DNA of 64,000 nucleotides from NCBI GenBank assembly GCA_040217815.1, contig JBEHWI010000011.1:19618-83617 (forward strand), in the 5' to 3' direction. The notes under the pieces were generated by a model. It had not been told where the DNA came from and made no database searches. It saw nothing but the letters and a program-made list of their open reading frames with translations. Made by a program: the position numbers and the translations under genes. Positions within the stretch are counted from its first letter, which is position 1; the number at the start of each line of letters is the position of its first letter. The stretch comes from Syntrophomonadaceae bacterium (GTDB lineage Bacteria > Bacillota > Syntrophomonadia > Syntrophomonadales > Syntrophomonadaceae). Positions 54,155-63,838 of this stretch are shown here, piece by piece.

Positions 54155-54505
54155 ATGGAGGTTGCGATGGAGACTATAATTCATAATGATAAAGCGGTTG
54201 AAGTAAAACTCGATAAGAAATTGTGCAGCAGTGGTGACTTTCTGGAGCTTATAGCAGGTTCAATTTACGATGTCTATATTCTACGCCAGGAAGATTTTGA
54301 TGAAAGTTTTTTTAACCTGTCTACCGGGGTGGCGGGCGAGATATTGCAGAAAGCCTCCAACTACCGAATCAGGATGGCAATCGTAGGTGATTTTTCAAAT
54401 TTTGCCAGCAAAGCTCTGGCGGATTTTATTTACGAATCCAACCGGGTTAAGCAAATCGTTTTTGTTGAATCAGTTGAAAAAGCTTTAGAAATATTTCAAA
54501 TCTAA
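54155..54505 (+). CDS. DUF4180 domain protein
   Basis: 'FFNLSTGVAGEILQKASNYRIRMAIVGDFSNFASKALADFIYESN' is the characteristic DUF4180 core. The start may be the ATG at 54164. Confidence 0.8.
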   Translation: MEVAMETIIHNDKAVEVKLDKKLCSSGDFLELIAGSIYDVYILRQEDFDESFFNLSTGVAGEILQKASNYRIRMAIVGDFSNFASKALADFIYESNRVKQIVFVESVEKALEIFQI

Positions 54506-54690
54506 ACTGGTCTTTGACTGCACACCGGCCAGGCCGATTTACCCCTCATAAGGCCAAATGGGTTAAAAACAATATTAGAGAGCATAACGTTTCGTCCCGG
54601 GCCTGATTGACCAAAATTTTTCCTTATACTAGAATGAAAACTGTGTATAAAGGCATAACGAGGCATAGTACCAGTTAGAGGGAGCTTGAA

Positions 54691-55590
54691 ATGAACAAAG
54701 ATGAAATGCGCGAACGATTTATTGATATCATGGCCAAATTCACCGCCTACATCGGCAAGCATCTCCCGGATGATGTCTACCACCGCTTGCAGGAATTGAG
54801 AGAAACCGAAGACACCCCTTTGGGCCGTATAATCTATGACGCCATGTTTGACGACCTGAAGATGGCCGACCAGCTGAACCGGCCCTGCTGCCAGGACACC
54901 GGGGTGATCCAGTATTTTGTGCAGGTGGGGACCAAATTTCCCTTGATCGATGAGATTGAAGACTGCCTGCGTGAAGCCGTGAAACGGGCCACAGTGATGG
55001 GACCACTTCGGCACAACGCGGTCGAGGTATTCGACGAGAAGAACACCGGCAACAATGTAGGCACCCGGGTTCCCTGGATTGACTGGGAAGTCGTACCGGG
55101 CAGCGATGAAGTGACTATTTATGCCTACATGGCCGGGGGCGGCTGCAGCCTGCCGGGAACTGCCAAGGTTTTAATGCCCCTGGAGGGTTACGAAGGGGTG
55201 GTCAAATTTGTGTTTGACCAGGTTACTTCCTATGGAATAAATGCCTGCCCGCCCCTGCTCATAGGCATAGGCATCGCGGGTTCGGTTGAGGTGGCGGCCA
55301 AGCTGTCCAAGAAGGCCTTGCTGCGTCCCGTAGGATCGCACAACAGCAATCCGCGCGGGGCCCAGTTGGAAGCTATGATCGAAAAGGGCTTGAATGATAT
55401 AAAGATCGGCCCCGGTGGACTGGGCGGAGAAAACTCGGTAATGGGTGTGCACATAGAACAGGCCGCCCGCCATCCGGCCACCATCGCGGTGGGGCTTTCC
55501 ACCGGCTGCTGGGCGCACCGCCGGGCAGTCATCAAAATAAACGCCAATATGGAATATGAGACTATCTCACACCAAGGAGCCGTACTATGA
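54691..55590 (+). CDS. Fe-S hydro-lyase alpha subunit (class I fumarate hydratase / L(+)-tartrate dehydratase TtdA type)
   Basis: 299 aa. It has the 'CCQDTGV' cluster-ligand motif and the 'GGGCS' region, with gene order alpha then beta. Confidence 0.85.
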   Translation: MNKDEMRERFIDIMAKFTAYIGKHLPDDVYHRLQELRETEDTPLGRIIYDAMFDDLKMADQLNRPCCQDTGVIQYFVQVGTKFPLIDEIEDCLREAVKRATVMGPLRHNAVEVFDEKNTGNNVGTRVPWIDWEVVPGSDEVTIYAYMAGGGCSLPGTAKVLMPLEGYEGVVKFVFDQVTSYGINACPPLLIGIGIAGSVEVAAKLSKKALLRPVGSHNSNPRGAQLEAMIEKGLNDIKIGPGGLGGENSVMGVHIEQAARHPATIAVGLSTGCWAHRRAVIKINANMEYETISHQGAVL

Positions 55591-56201
55591 AAAAGATACT
55601 GACAACACCGATAAAGAATGAAGACCTGGAGTCCCTGATAGTGGGGGACATCATCTATTTAAATGGCTATCTTATAACCGCCCGGGACGACGTACACCAG
55701 CGCCTGATCAAACAACATCGGGAGTTGCCGGTTGATTTGAACGGACTGGCCATATTTCACGCCGGACCGATCATGCAGGAAATAGAGGAACAGCCGGGTA
55801 AATACCGGGTCATCTCTATTGGCCCGACCACCAGCATGCGCATGGAGAAATATGAAAAGGAATTTATAGCCGCGACGGGGGTAAAGCTGATTATCGGCAA
55901 GGGCGGCATGGGCCCGGCTACGCTTGAAGGCTGCCGGCAGCACAAAGCGATTCACACCGTTTTTCCCGGAGGCTGTGCGGTCCTGGCCGCTAATTGCGTG
56001 GAAGAGGTTGAGCGGGTGGAATGGCTGGACTTGGGAATGCCGGAAGCCATGTGGGTGATGCGGGTTAAGGAATTCGGACCCTTAATCGTCTCCATCGACA
56101 CTCAGGGCAACAACCTTTTTGAGAACAACAAAATTGAATTCAACCGCAAAAAGGACCTGGTCGTGGAGGAGATCTGCCGTCACGTTGATTATCTCGACTG
56201 A
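55587..56201 (+). CDS. Fe-S hydro-lyase beta subunit (fumarate hydratase / tartrate dehydratase TtdB type)
   Basis: 204 aa. '[14 protein letters not shown]' and 'IGKGGMG' are present. A 4-nt overlap with the alpha subunit gene suggests coupling. Confidence 0.85.
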   Translation: MKKILTTPIKNEDLESLIVGDIIYLNGYLITARDDVHQRLIKQHRELPVDLNGLAIFHAGPIMQEIEEQPGKYRVISIGPTTSMRMEKYEKEFIAATGVKLIIGKGGMGPATLEGCRQHKAIHTVFPGGCAVLAANCVEEVERVEWLDLGMPEAMWVMRVKEFGPLIVSIDTQGNNLFENNKIEFNRKKDLVVEEICRHVDYLD

Positions 56202-56216
56202 GTTGAAACGGACTCT

Positions 56217-58127
56217 CTAACCCTGGGCTTTTTCAAGCATCATTTGAAATATACCCGGTTTGTGTTGAAAGCTGCTCTTAATATCAATATGGGCGGCTTT
56301 TCTTGCTTCCTGCAAAGCCTTTATATCTACAGTTGCAATAGCAATAGCTTCCGTCCCCACCCCCGCGTCCAGCAGGGTCTGCCTCAAGCCCGGCGTCTTT
56401 ATGGGGCCAAAGACTCCGCTGCCCCCGAACTGAGCGACATTGGACATCACTATATATTGATAAAAGCGGTGGCTATCGGCTATGCAGCAGCGCCCGTACA
56501 ACTGGCTGTCCGGGTTGTTGGCCACGATGAATAGCATATCCAGCGGCATCTGGTGGTTCTCATCCCGGTTGATGCGGTGGATGATGTCAAAGTGGCTGTA
56601 GTCGTAGCATATCAAGACCCCGAAGGCCCACTCTTCACCATACGAGAAACGCAGCAGCCGGCTGCCCTTGTCCATGATAAAGTTGGCTGGTTCACCGTCT
56701 GCGCTCCCCGGAAGGCGGGCGTCGTACTGGGAGCGGGTCATCTTGTCATATTGAAAGCGCTTGACTTCACCGTCTGCAGTGGGGACGTATATAAAGCAGC
56801 GGTTTGAGCCATGAGCCAGTTCCGGGCTCTCAAGCGTTTCCGGCTGGGGGTCGTACTCCACCCCGGCGATTATTATGGTATTGAAGCGGCGGGAAAAGTC
56901 GCGCAGTTCTTCATCCATGGTAAGGGGGAGAAAGACTTCGGGAAACACTAAAAAATCGAGTTTCTGACCTGACAAAAGCAGTTTCTGGCTCAAGTATTGC
57001 AAGTGCTCCTGAAGCTCCCGCACGAAGCGGGGGGCGTCCGGCGAACAGGAGATGCAGTAGTAATGGTTTATATAGTCTTCTTCGTCCATGCATTTTAACT
57101 GGGCAACCCCCATGTTTAATTTATCTGCCCGGGCACAGCGGTAGCCGCAGGCTGCCAGATCGATTTCCTGAAGGTACTCCGGTTTGTCCAGGCTCTTTTT
57201 ATAGTCGGGCTGGCCGGTGCTCAAGAACTCTTCACTGGGTTGGATGGGCGTCCATGGGCAGCGGTCTTCCAGCAAGTCGCCCTCCTGTCTTTCCTGGTGG
57301 CGTAGGAGCCTCAAGTCGGCCAGGGGCAGATCGACCTCTAAAAAGGCACTGGTTTCTCCCTGGGTATAGGCAATAGCCCCACCCAGGGTCATGGACCGTT
57401 TTTTAGGCCCGTTGTAGCGAAAGGGGGCAAAAACCCCGCTGCCCCCATAGTTGGCGATATTGGAGATGATCACGAAGCAGGAAAAACGGTGAATGTCCGC
57501 CAGGGCGTACTGCATGAACAGCCGGGTCGCCGGGTTGAAAGAGGAGACTACCAGAATCTCTATGTCATACTCGGACATCTTTTTTATCAGATCGGCGTTG
57601 GTATAATCATGGCAGCTGATGACGCCCATTCTGCCTATCGGGGTGTGGAAAACGTGAGCTTCTTTCCCGGGATGAAGCTTTCCCTGGGTGTAGTATTTAT
57701 GATCCTCCTCGGAAAAAGAAAGCTGTTCAATGAACACCGGATCATTATACGGGCTAAACACGGCTACAGTATTGGTGGTTTCGCTCCGGTCTTCATGGCG
57801 GTAGTGCCCCAGGCGGGCAATGATGATCTGCCGACAGCGATCGGCCTGCTTCTGAAAAAGATCCGATGACACAATATTGCCGGGATGTTCGGATAATATT
57901 CCCATGTCCGCGTTTTCCGGGATTCGGGCCAGAACCGAACGAACATGCCGGCGCAGCTCTTCTTGGTCGCTGTCCGGCTGGATCCTTCCCACATATAGGC
58001 CCTGTCCCGCGCGTCGGCCGACCTTCCTTTCCGGATAGGGCTCTTGAACCAGGATCACTTTGACGTTTTCGTCCAGCTTATTATCTTTAGGCTCAAAGAC
58101 CAGTTGGTGCTCTTTTACTTGGAACAT
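56217..58127 (-). CDS. protein with two tandem divergent carbon-nitrogen hydrolase (nitrilase superfamily)-like domains
   Basis: The likely start is the ATG at 58127, 7 nt after AGAGGA (the ORF is open to 58205). Domain 2 has 'LVFPEVFLP' (Glu), 'YDKMTR' (Lys) and 'FGVLICYDYSHFD' (Cys). Domain 1 has 'MGVISCHDYTNAD'. Both domains end '..SN.A..GGSGVF.P'. Confidence 0.55.
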   Translation of the reverse strand: MFQVKEHQLVFEPKDNKLDENVKVILVQEPYPERKVGRRAGQGLYVGRIQPDSDQEELRRHVRSVLARIPENADMGILSEHPGNIVSSDLFQKQADRCRQIIIARLGHYRHEDRSETTNTVAVFSPYNDPVFIEQLSFSEEDHKYYTQGKLHPGKEAHVFHTPIGRMGVISCHDYTNADLIKKMSEYDIEILVVSSFNPATRLFMQYALADIHRFSCFVIISNIANYGGSGVFAPFRYNGPKKRSMTLGGAIAYTQGETSAFLEVDLPLADLRLLRHQERQEGDLLEDRCPWTPIQPSEEFLSTGQPDYKKSLDKPEYLQEIDLAACGYRCARADKLNMGVAQLKCMDEEDYINHYYCISCSPDAPRFVRELQEHLQYLSQKLLLSGQKLDFLVFPEVFLPLTMDEELRDFSRRFNTIIIAGVEYDPQPETLESPELAHGSNRCFIYVPTADGEVKRFQYDKMTRSQYDARLPGSADGEPANFIMDKGSRLLRFSYGEEWAFGVLICYDYSHFDIIHRINRDENHQMPLDMLFIVANNPDSQLYGRCCIADSHRFYQYIVMSNVAQFGGSGVFGPIKTPGLRQTLLDAGVGTEAIAIATVDIKALQEARKAAHIDIKSSFQHKPGIFQMMLEKAQG

Positions 58128-58223
58128 AGTGCCATCCTCTTTATAATATGAGTCAAACCTTCTAATTGTTCCCTTAAAATAGCATAAAAGGCAAAACTGT
58201 TTCAACGGCTATTTGTGAGCTCC

Positions 58224-59984
58224 TTATTTAATAGCTTTAATATGGCCGATGATTTCTGCAATGATATCAATTCTCTTAAACGGCGTTATAAGGTAGTACC
58301 CGTCAACATAAGAAGAAATTGCAATGGCCATTTCTGTTGAAATTTCAACCGCCAGTCGGCCGGTCTCTTCCTTGGACAGGTCCCGATAGCGTTCGATAAT
58401 CTCCGCGGCAACATTAATTCCTGATATTTCATTGTCTACAAAACAGGCATTTCTATGGCTCACCAGGGGTAGAATGCCGCCCAGGATCCGGACCGGCAGT
58501 TCTTGCCTGGCTGTTCGCAAATTCTCGACAGCCTGCTGGCTTAACACCGGCTGAGTCAAAAACATGCTAACCCCGCTGTCTATTTTTTTGTGGGCGCGCT
58601 GCAACTGGCTGTTGAAATTACGGGCGTTTACATTCAGGGCCGCGCAGATATTAAACGGTGATGAAAACACGGTATCATTGAGGCTGCTGATGTAGCCGGC
58701 CAGGACGGCGGAATTGAAGTTGAAAACGCCCTTTATCTCGTCCCGCTGGGCGGTGGGTATGGGGTCCCCGGTCACCACCAGGACGTTGTTTATATCCTCG
58801 ATATTCAGGCCCAGCAACAGGGCTTTAGTGGCGTTGATGTTCCGGTCCCGGCAGGTCATGTGCGGAATAGGAGTAACGCCCAGCTCTCTTTTCAGCTTGC
58901 AGGCCATGAGGCTGGAATCCACCCGGGCCCGGGCAATTGGGCAGTCGGCAATAGTTATGGCATCAACTCCCAGCTCCTTGAGCCTCCGGGCGCTGTCCAT
59001 GAAAAAGTCTATATCGGTGTCCACCGGAGGGTCCAGTTCTACCGCAATGATTTTTTGCCCAGACCCCAATTTCTCTAAAAGCAGGTTGCGGGCAGGGCTC
59101 TTCTTTACCGGTGCCTTTCCAGGCTTGAACGGGGGTGCCATGTCTCCCGGGGAAAGCCCTTTTACCCGGACCGCCATCTCCCTGATATAATCAGGCGTAG
59201 TGCCGCAGCAGCCGCCCAGGATGGCCACACCCTGCCTGGCGATCTGCAGCATCTGGGCGGCGAAGTAATCCTTATTGTTCTCAAAAAAGGTTCTATTGTT
59301 GACAATAGTGGGATATCCTGCGTTGGGCATGACGGAGATGGTCTTGCCCCTGGTGTCAACGCCCTTTATATATTCCAGCAGGTGATAAGGACCGGAAAAG
59401 CAGTTAAAACCACAGGCGTCAATGGCGGGCACCCTTTGTATGTTCTCGATCAGCTGGTGGCCGGATTTGCCCAGGCGGGTGAAGCCCTCGGGAGATACGG
59501 CGAACTCAGCTATTATATAGGCCCGGGGGTTTTTCTCCTTTATATACCGAGATAAGTCTGCCAGATGTTCATCGCTGCTGAAGGTTTCAAATAGAAAATG
59601 GGATGCTCCCAAGGACAGGAATATATCGATAATTTCCCGGTATTGGCCAGTCAAATCGGTGCTATCGTCGTCAGCTAGGGGGCCAATGTCGGCAAAGACC
59701 CGCACATCGGTTCCCCGGGCTGCTTCCATGGCTATTTTGTAACCTTCTTCGATCACCTTTTGTACAGCATCCCCATCACCAGCCAACCCGGCTCGATTGG
59801 CGCCAAAGGTGTTGGTTTTGATCGCCTGGCAGCCGGCGGTTATATATTCATGGTGAATATTAAGCACCGTGCCGCGATCGTACAGATTGGCCAGCTCGCA
59901 CGGGCTTACCGGATTTGGGGCCACACTGGCATAATAGGTTCCCATAGCCCCGTCAAAGATCAGAGGCTTGTTAATCTCACTCAT
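58224..59984 (-). CDS. yitJ: bifunctional homocysteine S-methyltransferase / 5,10-methylenetetrahydrofolate reductase (YitJ-like)
   Basis: The N-terminal Hcy-binding domain reads 'PLIFDGAMGTY...GGCCGTTPDYI', and the C-terminal half is MTHFR-like. The ATG at 59984 follows AAGGTGAG (the ORF is open to 59999). Confidence 0.85.
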   Translation of the reverse strand: MSEINKPLIFDGAMGTYYASVAPNPVSPCELANLYDRGTVLNIHHEYITAGCQAIKTNTFGANRAGLAGDGDAVQKVIEEGYKIAMEAARGTDVRVFADIGPLADDDSTDLTGQYREIIDIFLSLGASHFLFETFSSDEHLADLSRYIKEKNPRAYIIAEFAVSPEGFTRLGKSGHQLIENIQRVPAIDACGFNCFSGPYHLLEYIKGVDTRGKTISVMPNAGYPTIVNNRTFFENNKDYFAAQMLQIARQGVAILGGCCGTTPDYIREMAVRVKGLSPGDMAPPFKPGKAPVKKSPARNLLLEKLGSGQKIIAVELDPPVDTDIDFFMDSARRLKELGVDAITIADCPIARARVDSSLMACKLKRELGVTPIPHMTCRDRNINATKALLLGLNIEDINNVLVVTGDPIPTAQRDEIKGVFNFNSAVLAGYISSLNDTVFSSPFNICAALNVNARNFNSQLQRAHKKIDSGVSMFLTQPVLSQQAVENLRTARQELPVRILGGILPLVSHRNACFVDNEISGINVAAEIIERYRDLSKEETGRLAVEISTEMAIAISSYVDGYYLITPFKRIDIIAEIIGHIKAIK

Positions 59985-60206
59985 AGTTCTCACCTTCAAA
60001 ATAGTGTATTTCGAATAAATTCCATACAGCTTATTGTCAATATTCTATAAATATATCTTCATCGTCGGGCAATGGCAAGGAGCATGATTTCAATGCCAAG
60101 CATTTTTTGAAGGAAGGCGCTCGACAATTTGTTAGCAAAAAGTGATGAATATAGCAGGGGCTGTAGGAAAAAGATAAGCCTAGCTATTATTTTTGGAGAG
60201 CTGAAG

Positions 60207-61265
60207 ATGAAGCGAACTCAATACGATCCTGACAAGATGCAGGAAAAAGCCTTCACCGTCATTGCCAACGATGCCTTAAACGCTACCGAAATAGCTGCGC
60301 TTTGGAATTCTTACATGTAAGACACGATGTTTTTATGTGTTTTTAAAAGATTCAGCCAAATTGCCGAGGACAACGATGTCAGGCCCATAATGGAAGACAC
60401 GGTCAATATTTGCAGCCAAAGAATCAACAAGGTAGCAGAAATCTTAAATAAGGAAGGCCTGCCCATACCTTTCGGGTTTTCCGACGACGATGTGAATTGG
60501 AAGCTCCCCGGCTTTTTAGCGATGCTTATTTCCTCTACTACCTTATTAACGCCAATAAGATAGCAGTCGGTATAAACGGCCTTTCTCTGGTCACTGCGGG
60601 ACGCGCTGACGTGCGTGATTTTTTCAGGCACTGTGTGGATTCAAGCATGCATCTTTTTAATAATACAATCGATGTTATGCTTTCCAAAGGTCTGTATATC
60701 AGACCTCCTATAGTATCAGTTGTGAAAATTCCTTCCTATGTTAAAGAAACAAGATTTTTTAGACGGGTTTTGGGGCGAAAAAAGGAGTCTTTTAGCCCAG
60801 GAGATATCGGCTCTTTTTTACGGCATAATTACCAACAACGTTGGCAAAAGGCTGCTGTTGGGGTTCAGCCAGACCGCCAGTTCCAATCAGGTGCGTAAAT
60901 ATATGGCCCGTGGAGTTAATATAGCCAACAACCTGATAAACACTTTAAGCTACTCGCTGACCCGGGAAAACGTTCCTGATCCGATCCCCTGGGACTTTAT
61001 GGTTACCGATTCAACCACCCCGATTTTCTCGGATAAGTTGATGATGTTTCACACCGTCATGGTCGCTTCCGCCGGCATATTAAACTACTCGGCTTCCATG
61101 GCCACCAGCCCCCGGCACGATTTAATGGTCAACTACTTCAAAGCGATTGCTGAAGTGGCCAATTATCTTGAAGACGGCACCAATGTCATGATTGAAAACG
61201 GCTGGTATGAAGAGCCGTTTAGAACTGTCGATCGCCGTGAATTAATAAACAAACCACACCATTAG
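60207..61265 (+). pseudogene. DUF3231 family gene inactivated by one in-frame TAA and two frameshifts
   Basis: Four consecutive ORF pieces (60129-60320, 60327-60563, 60497-60898, 60738-61265) together give a collinear DUF3231-like protein: 'LNATEIAALWNSYM*DTMFLCVFKRF...', 'GLPIPFGFSDDDVN', 'RLFSDAYFLYYL', 'FLDGFWGEKRSLLAQEIS', 'SDKLMMFH', 'GWYEEP'. The TAA is at 60318-60320. The frameshifts are near 60497 and in the A-run near 60745-60752. Confidence 0.8.
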
Positions 61266-61335
61266 AGGCCTATCATTTTATTTGCATCGCCGTTAAAAAC
61301 TAATCCCGATCAACTCTTTATTTAGCTGCCTCAGC

Positions 61336-62343
61336 TTAGCTGCGATTCCCACTCCTGAAAGGAGAGGTGATGAAATCAGGCAACAGGCTTTTTTTCGGCT
61401 CCGGAAGATCGCTGACGTCGGTCTGAACCAGGCGCAGCAGTATGTCTTCCAGGCTGCTTTCCCGGGGGCCGAATGAAAGTATCTGCGCCCCATTTTTTAT
61501 AGCTTCCTGCAGAATGCCGGTACGTATTTCCTGATCTTGGGCCGTGTTTATATAGATCCGAGGACCGCTGCTCTCAGCAAAATTTACTCCCGGGATGCTC
61601 TTTAAAGCCGGGACAACTGCTTCAGCCGGACTGGTCAGCAGCATTTCCAGGTTGACGCTGTCGCCGGCTGTGCTGCGCAGGTTTTCGATGGTATCGACTG
61701 CCACCAGGCGGCCGTGGTCAAAAATGCCCACAACATCGCAGATGCTTTCCACCTCGGGCAGCACGTGGGATGACATCAAGACGGTCAGCTGTTTTTCAAC
61801 CCGCAGGCGCAGGATCAATTCCCGCATATTCCTGGCTCCCAGTGGATCAAGGCCCAGTGTGGGCTCGTCCAGAAACAAGACCCGGGGCTCTGACAGGAGG
61901 GCCTGGGCCAAACCCAGCCGGTGGCGCATGCCTCGGGAATAGGTCCCTACCAGTGCATTCTTCTTGTTCATCAAACCAACCAGTTCCAGGGCATAGTCGA
62001 TACGACGCACCTGCTCATTGACTGGTACATCCAGCAAACGGCAGATATAACGCAGGATCTCCAGGGTGGTCATGCGGGTATAAAACGCCGGGTTCTCCGC
62101 GACATAACCGATGTTGCGGCGCACCAGCATAGGTTCTTTTACCACGTCACGTCCGGCTATCAGTGCGGTTCCGCTGTCAGGCCGGATCAGGCTCACCATC
62201 ATCTTAAAAGTGGTTGTCTTGCCCGCCCCGTTTAGGCCCAGCAATCCGAAAGAGGTCCCGGACTGTACCTTGAAACTGACATTATCAACCGCCTTCAGGC
62301 TCCCATACCATTTATTTAAACCGCGTACATCCACGTCGTACAT
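61336..62343 (-). CDS. ABC transporter ATP-binding protein (ABC-2 exporter type)
   Basis: Walker A 'GLNGAGKTT', signature 'YSRGMRHRL', and Walker B 'VLFLDEPTLGLD'. Confidence 0.9.
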   Translation of the reverse strand: MYDVDVRGLNKWYGSLKAVDNVSFKVQSGTSFGLLGLNGAGKTTTFKMMVSLIRPDSGTALIAGRDVVKEPMLVRRNIGYVAENPAFYTRMTTLEILRYICRLLDVPVNEQVRRIDYALELVGLMNKKNALVGTYSRGMRHRLGLAQALLSEPRVLFLDEPTLGLDPLGARNMRELILRLRVEKQLTVLMSSHVLPEVESICDVVGIFDHGRLVAVDTIENLRSTAGDSVNLEMLLTSPAEAVVPALKSIPGVNFAESSGPRIYINTAQDQEIRTGILQEAIKNGAQILSFGPRESSLEDILLRLVQTDVSDLPEPKKSLLPDFITSPFRSGNRS

Positions 62344-62355
62344 ACCGACACCTCC

Positions 62356-63159
62356 CTAATTTTTAAAGGCGACATTCTGCCGCTCGAACAGCCAGCTGGA
62401 AAGGAGCAGCACTACGACTGTCATAACTAAAAGCGATATACAGCAAAGCAAAGCTTCGCCGGGTATTCCCAGGGCATATTTTTGATATTTGGAAAATAAG
62501 CTCAAGAAAAATTTAACGGCGATAGGCAGCTCTTCGAAACCCGAAACATTCAACCGGAGGAAAACCTGACGCAGGAATTCGCCGCCCAGGGGGTGGGCCG
62601 GGGCCATGAAAACCAGGGCGCACAATCCGGTTGTAGCCGTGCTGGGGGCAAACATGGATATTAAAGTGGTGAGGGCTACAAAGAAGAGAGACACACAACT
62701 GACAATGGCCACCAGGGTCAGCCACTGGCTGAAGGGGGGCATGGGCAGCTGCCAGCGGTACTGGGAAATTCCCGAAATTTGAGCCCAGAAATAAGCGGCG
62801 ATCAGTTCCACCACCAGCAGAGGAACGATCAGTAATATATAAGCCCAGAACTTGCCCAGGAGCAGGGAGCGGCGGGGCAGGGGCTTGGACAGGATTAATT
62901 CCATAGTGCCCTTTTCTTTTTCGCCCACCACTGCGTCCATAGCTGCGAAAATGCCGATTAAGGGGCAAAGGACGGCGAATAGCTCAAAAAAGGGATCGAG
63001 AACATTCTTGGAATTGGCCGTGGGGCCCACCTCGGTATACAAGGCCATCAGGATGCCGCCAAAGATAAACATAAGCAAGAAAACGGTTTTGTAATTGCGC
63101 TGGTTTTCCTGCAATTCCCTCTGCATTACAGCCATGGTTTTCAAAAGCTTCATCTCCAT
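62356..63159 (-). CDS. ABC-2 family transporter permease
   Basis: 267 aa with six TM helices. It lies immediately upstream of and co-oriented with the ATPase, with a 12-nt gap. Confidence 0.75.
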   Translation of the reverse strand: MEMKLLKTMAVMQRELQENQRNYKTVFLLMFIFGGILMALYTEVGPTANSKNVLDPFFELFAVLCPLIGIFAAMDAVVGEKEKGTMELILSKPLPRRSLLLGKFWAYILLIVPLLVVELIAAYFWAQISGISQYRWQLPMPPFSQWLTLVAIVSCVSLFFVALTTLISMFAPSTATTGLCALVFMAPAHPLGGEFLRQVFLRLNVSGFEELPIAVKFFLSLFSKYQKYALGIPGEALLCCISLLVMTVVVLLLSSWLFERQNVAFKN

Positions 63160-63261
63160 TCGTTACTGCTCGTAAATCTATATAATATTAGCATTCCCGA
63201 AGGAAGATTGCTATGAATACATAATTTAAAGCCGGACAAAAGATCTGGCTGGCACAGCTCA

Positions 63262-63834
63262 CTACCCAGCCCTGGCTTGCTCCTGCCGGGCCATAAAGAC
63301 TGCCACCACCCACTTTATCAGAATGCCTATAGCCAGGTAGATGGGAAAGGAATAGTAGTGCCTCCAACTATGCAGTTCGTAAACATCGATCCATACCAGG
63401 AAAGATTCGCCGCCAAACGAATACAAAGCGGAGGTGACAGTCATGGCGATGATGAAGCGCTTCCAGGAAGAACTGTACTTTTGGTAAACGAACATATAAG
63501 TTATGGGAAGAACGGACCAATCAGCAGGGATCAAGCGTGGCCATAGAGGAATGACCCAATAATGATATTCCCACAAACCCAGTTCACTGAGTACTGCATC
63601 GAGATATGATGAGATGATAAAAACCAGCATTCCTATAAGTGTTATTTCCAGCAGTCGGGTACGATCAACCCTCTTCCACCAAAAATACCAGGGGATGGTC
63701 AGGACCGCCAGCAGCAGCCACCACTGCCAGGTAAAAAGGTCGTGGTGCAGCCAGTTCTGAATTCGCAAGTGGGTTAACTGTTGTTCAATAGACGATATCA
63801 AATCTTGATTGGATAATCCTGTCGCTTGTTGCAT
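63262..63834 (-). CDS. small polytopic membrane protein, CBO0543-like
   Basis: 190 aa and W-rich ('LFTWQWWLLLAVLTIPWYFWWKRVDRTRLLEI', 'LGLWEYHYW'). The family assignment is from memory only. Confidence 0.55.
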   Translation of the reverse strand: MQQATGLSNQDLISSIEQQLTHLRIQNWLHHDLFTWQWWLLLAVLTIPWYFWWKRVDRTRLLEITLIGMLVFIISSYLDAVLSELGLWEYHYWVIPLWPRLIPADWSVLPITYMFVYQKYSSSWKRFIIAMTVTSALYSFGGESFLVWIDVYELHSWRHYYSFPIYLAIGILIKWVVAVFMARQEQARAG

Positions 63835-63838
63835 TATC

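Noticed and set aside
54502-55014. 170-aa minus-strand ORF overlapping the start of the hydro-lyase alpha subunit.
   Set aside because: It overlaps a well-supported CDS and the upstream intergenic region, and it has no recognisable motif.
59985-60206. An S-box (SAM-I) riboswitch was expected upstream of the YitJ-type gene.
   Set aside because: The ~220-bp divergent intergenic region lacks the conserved S-box blocks (no GAGGGA / GCCC...GCAACC-type elements on the minus strand). No riboswitch is called.
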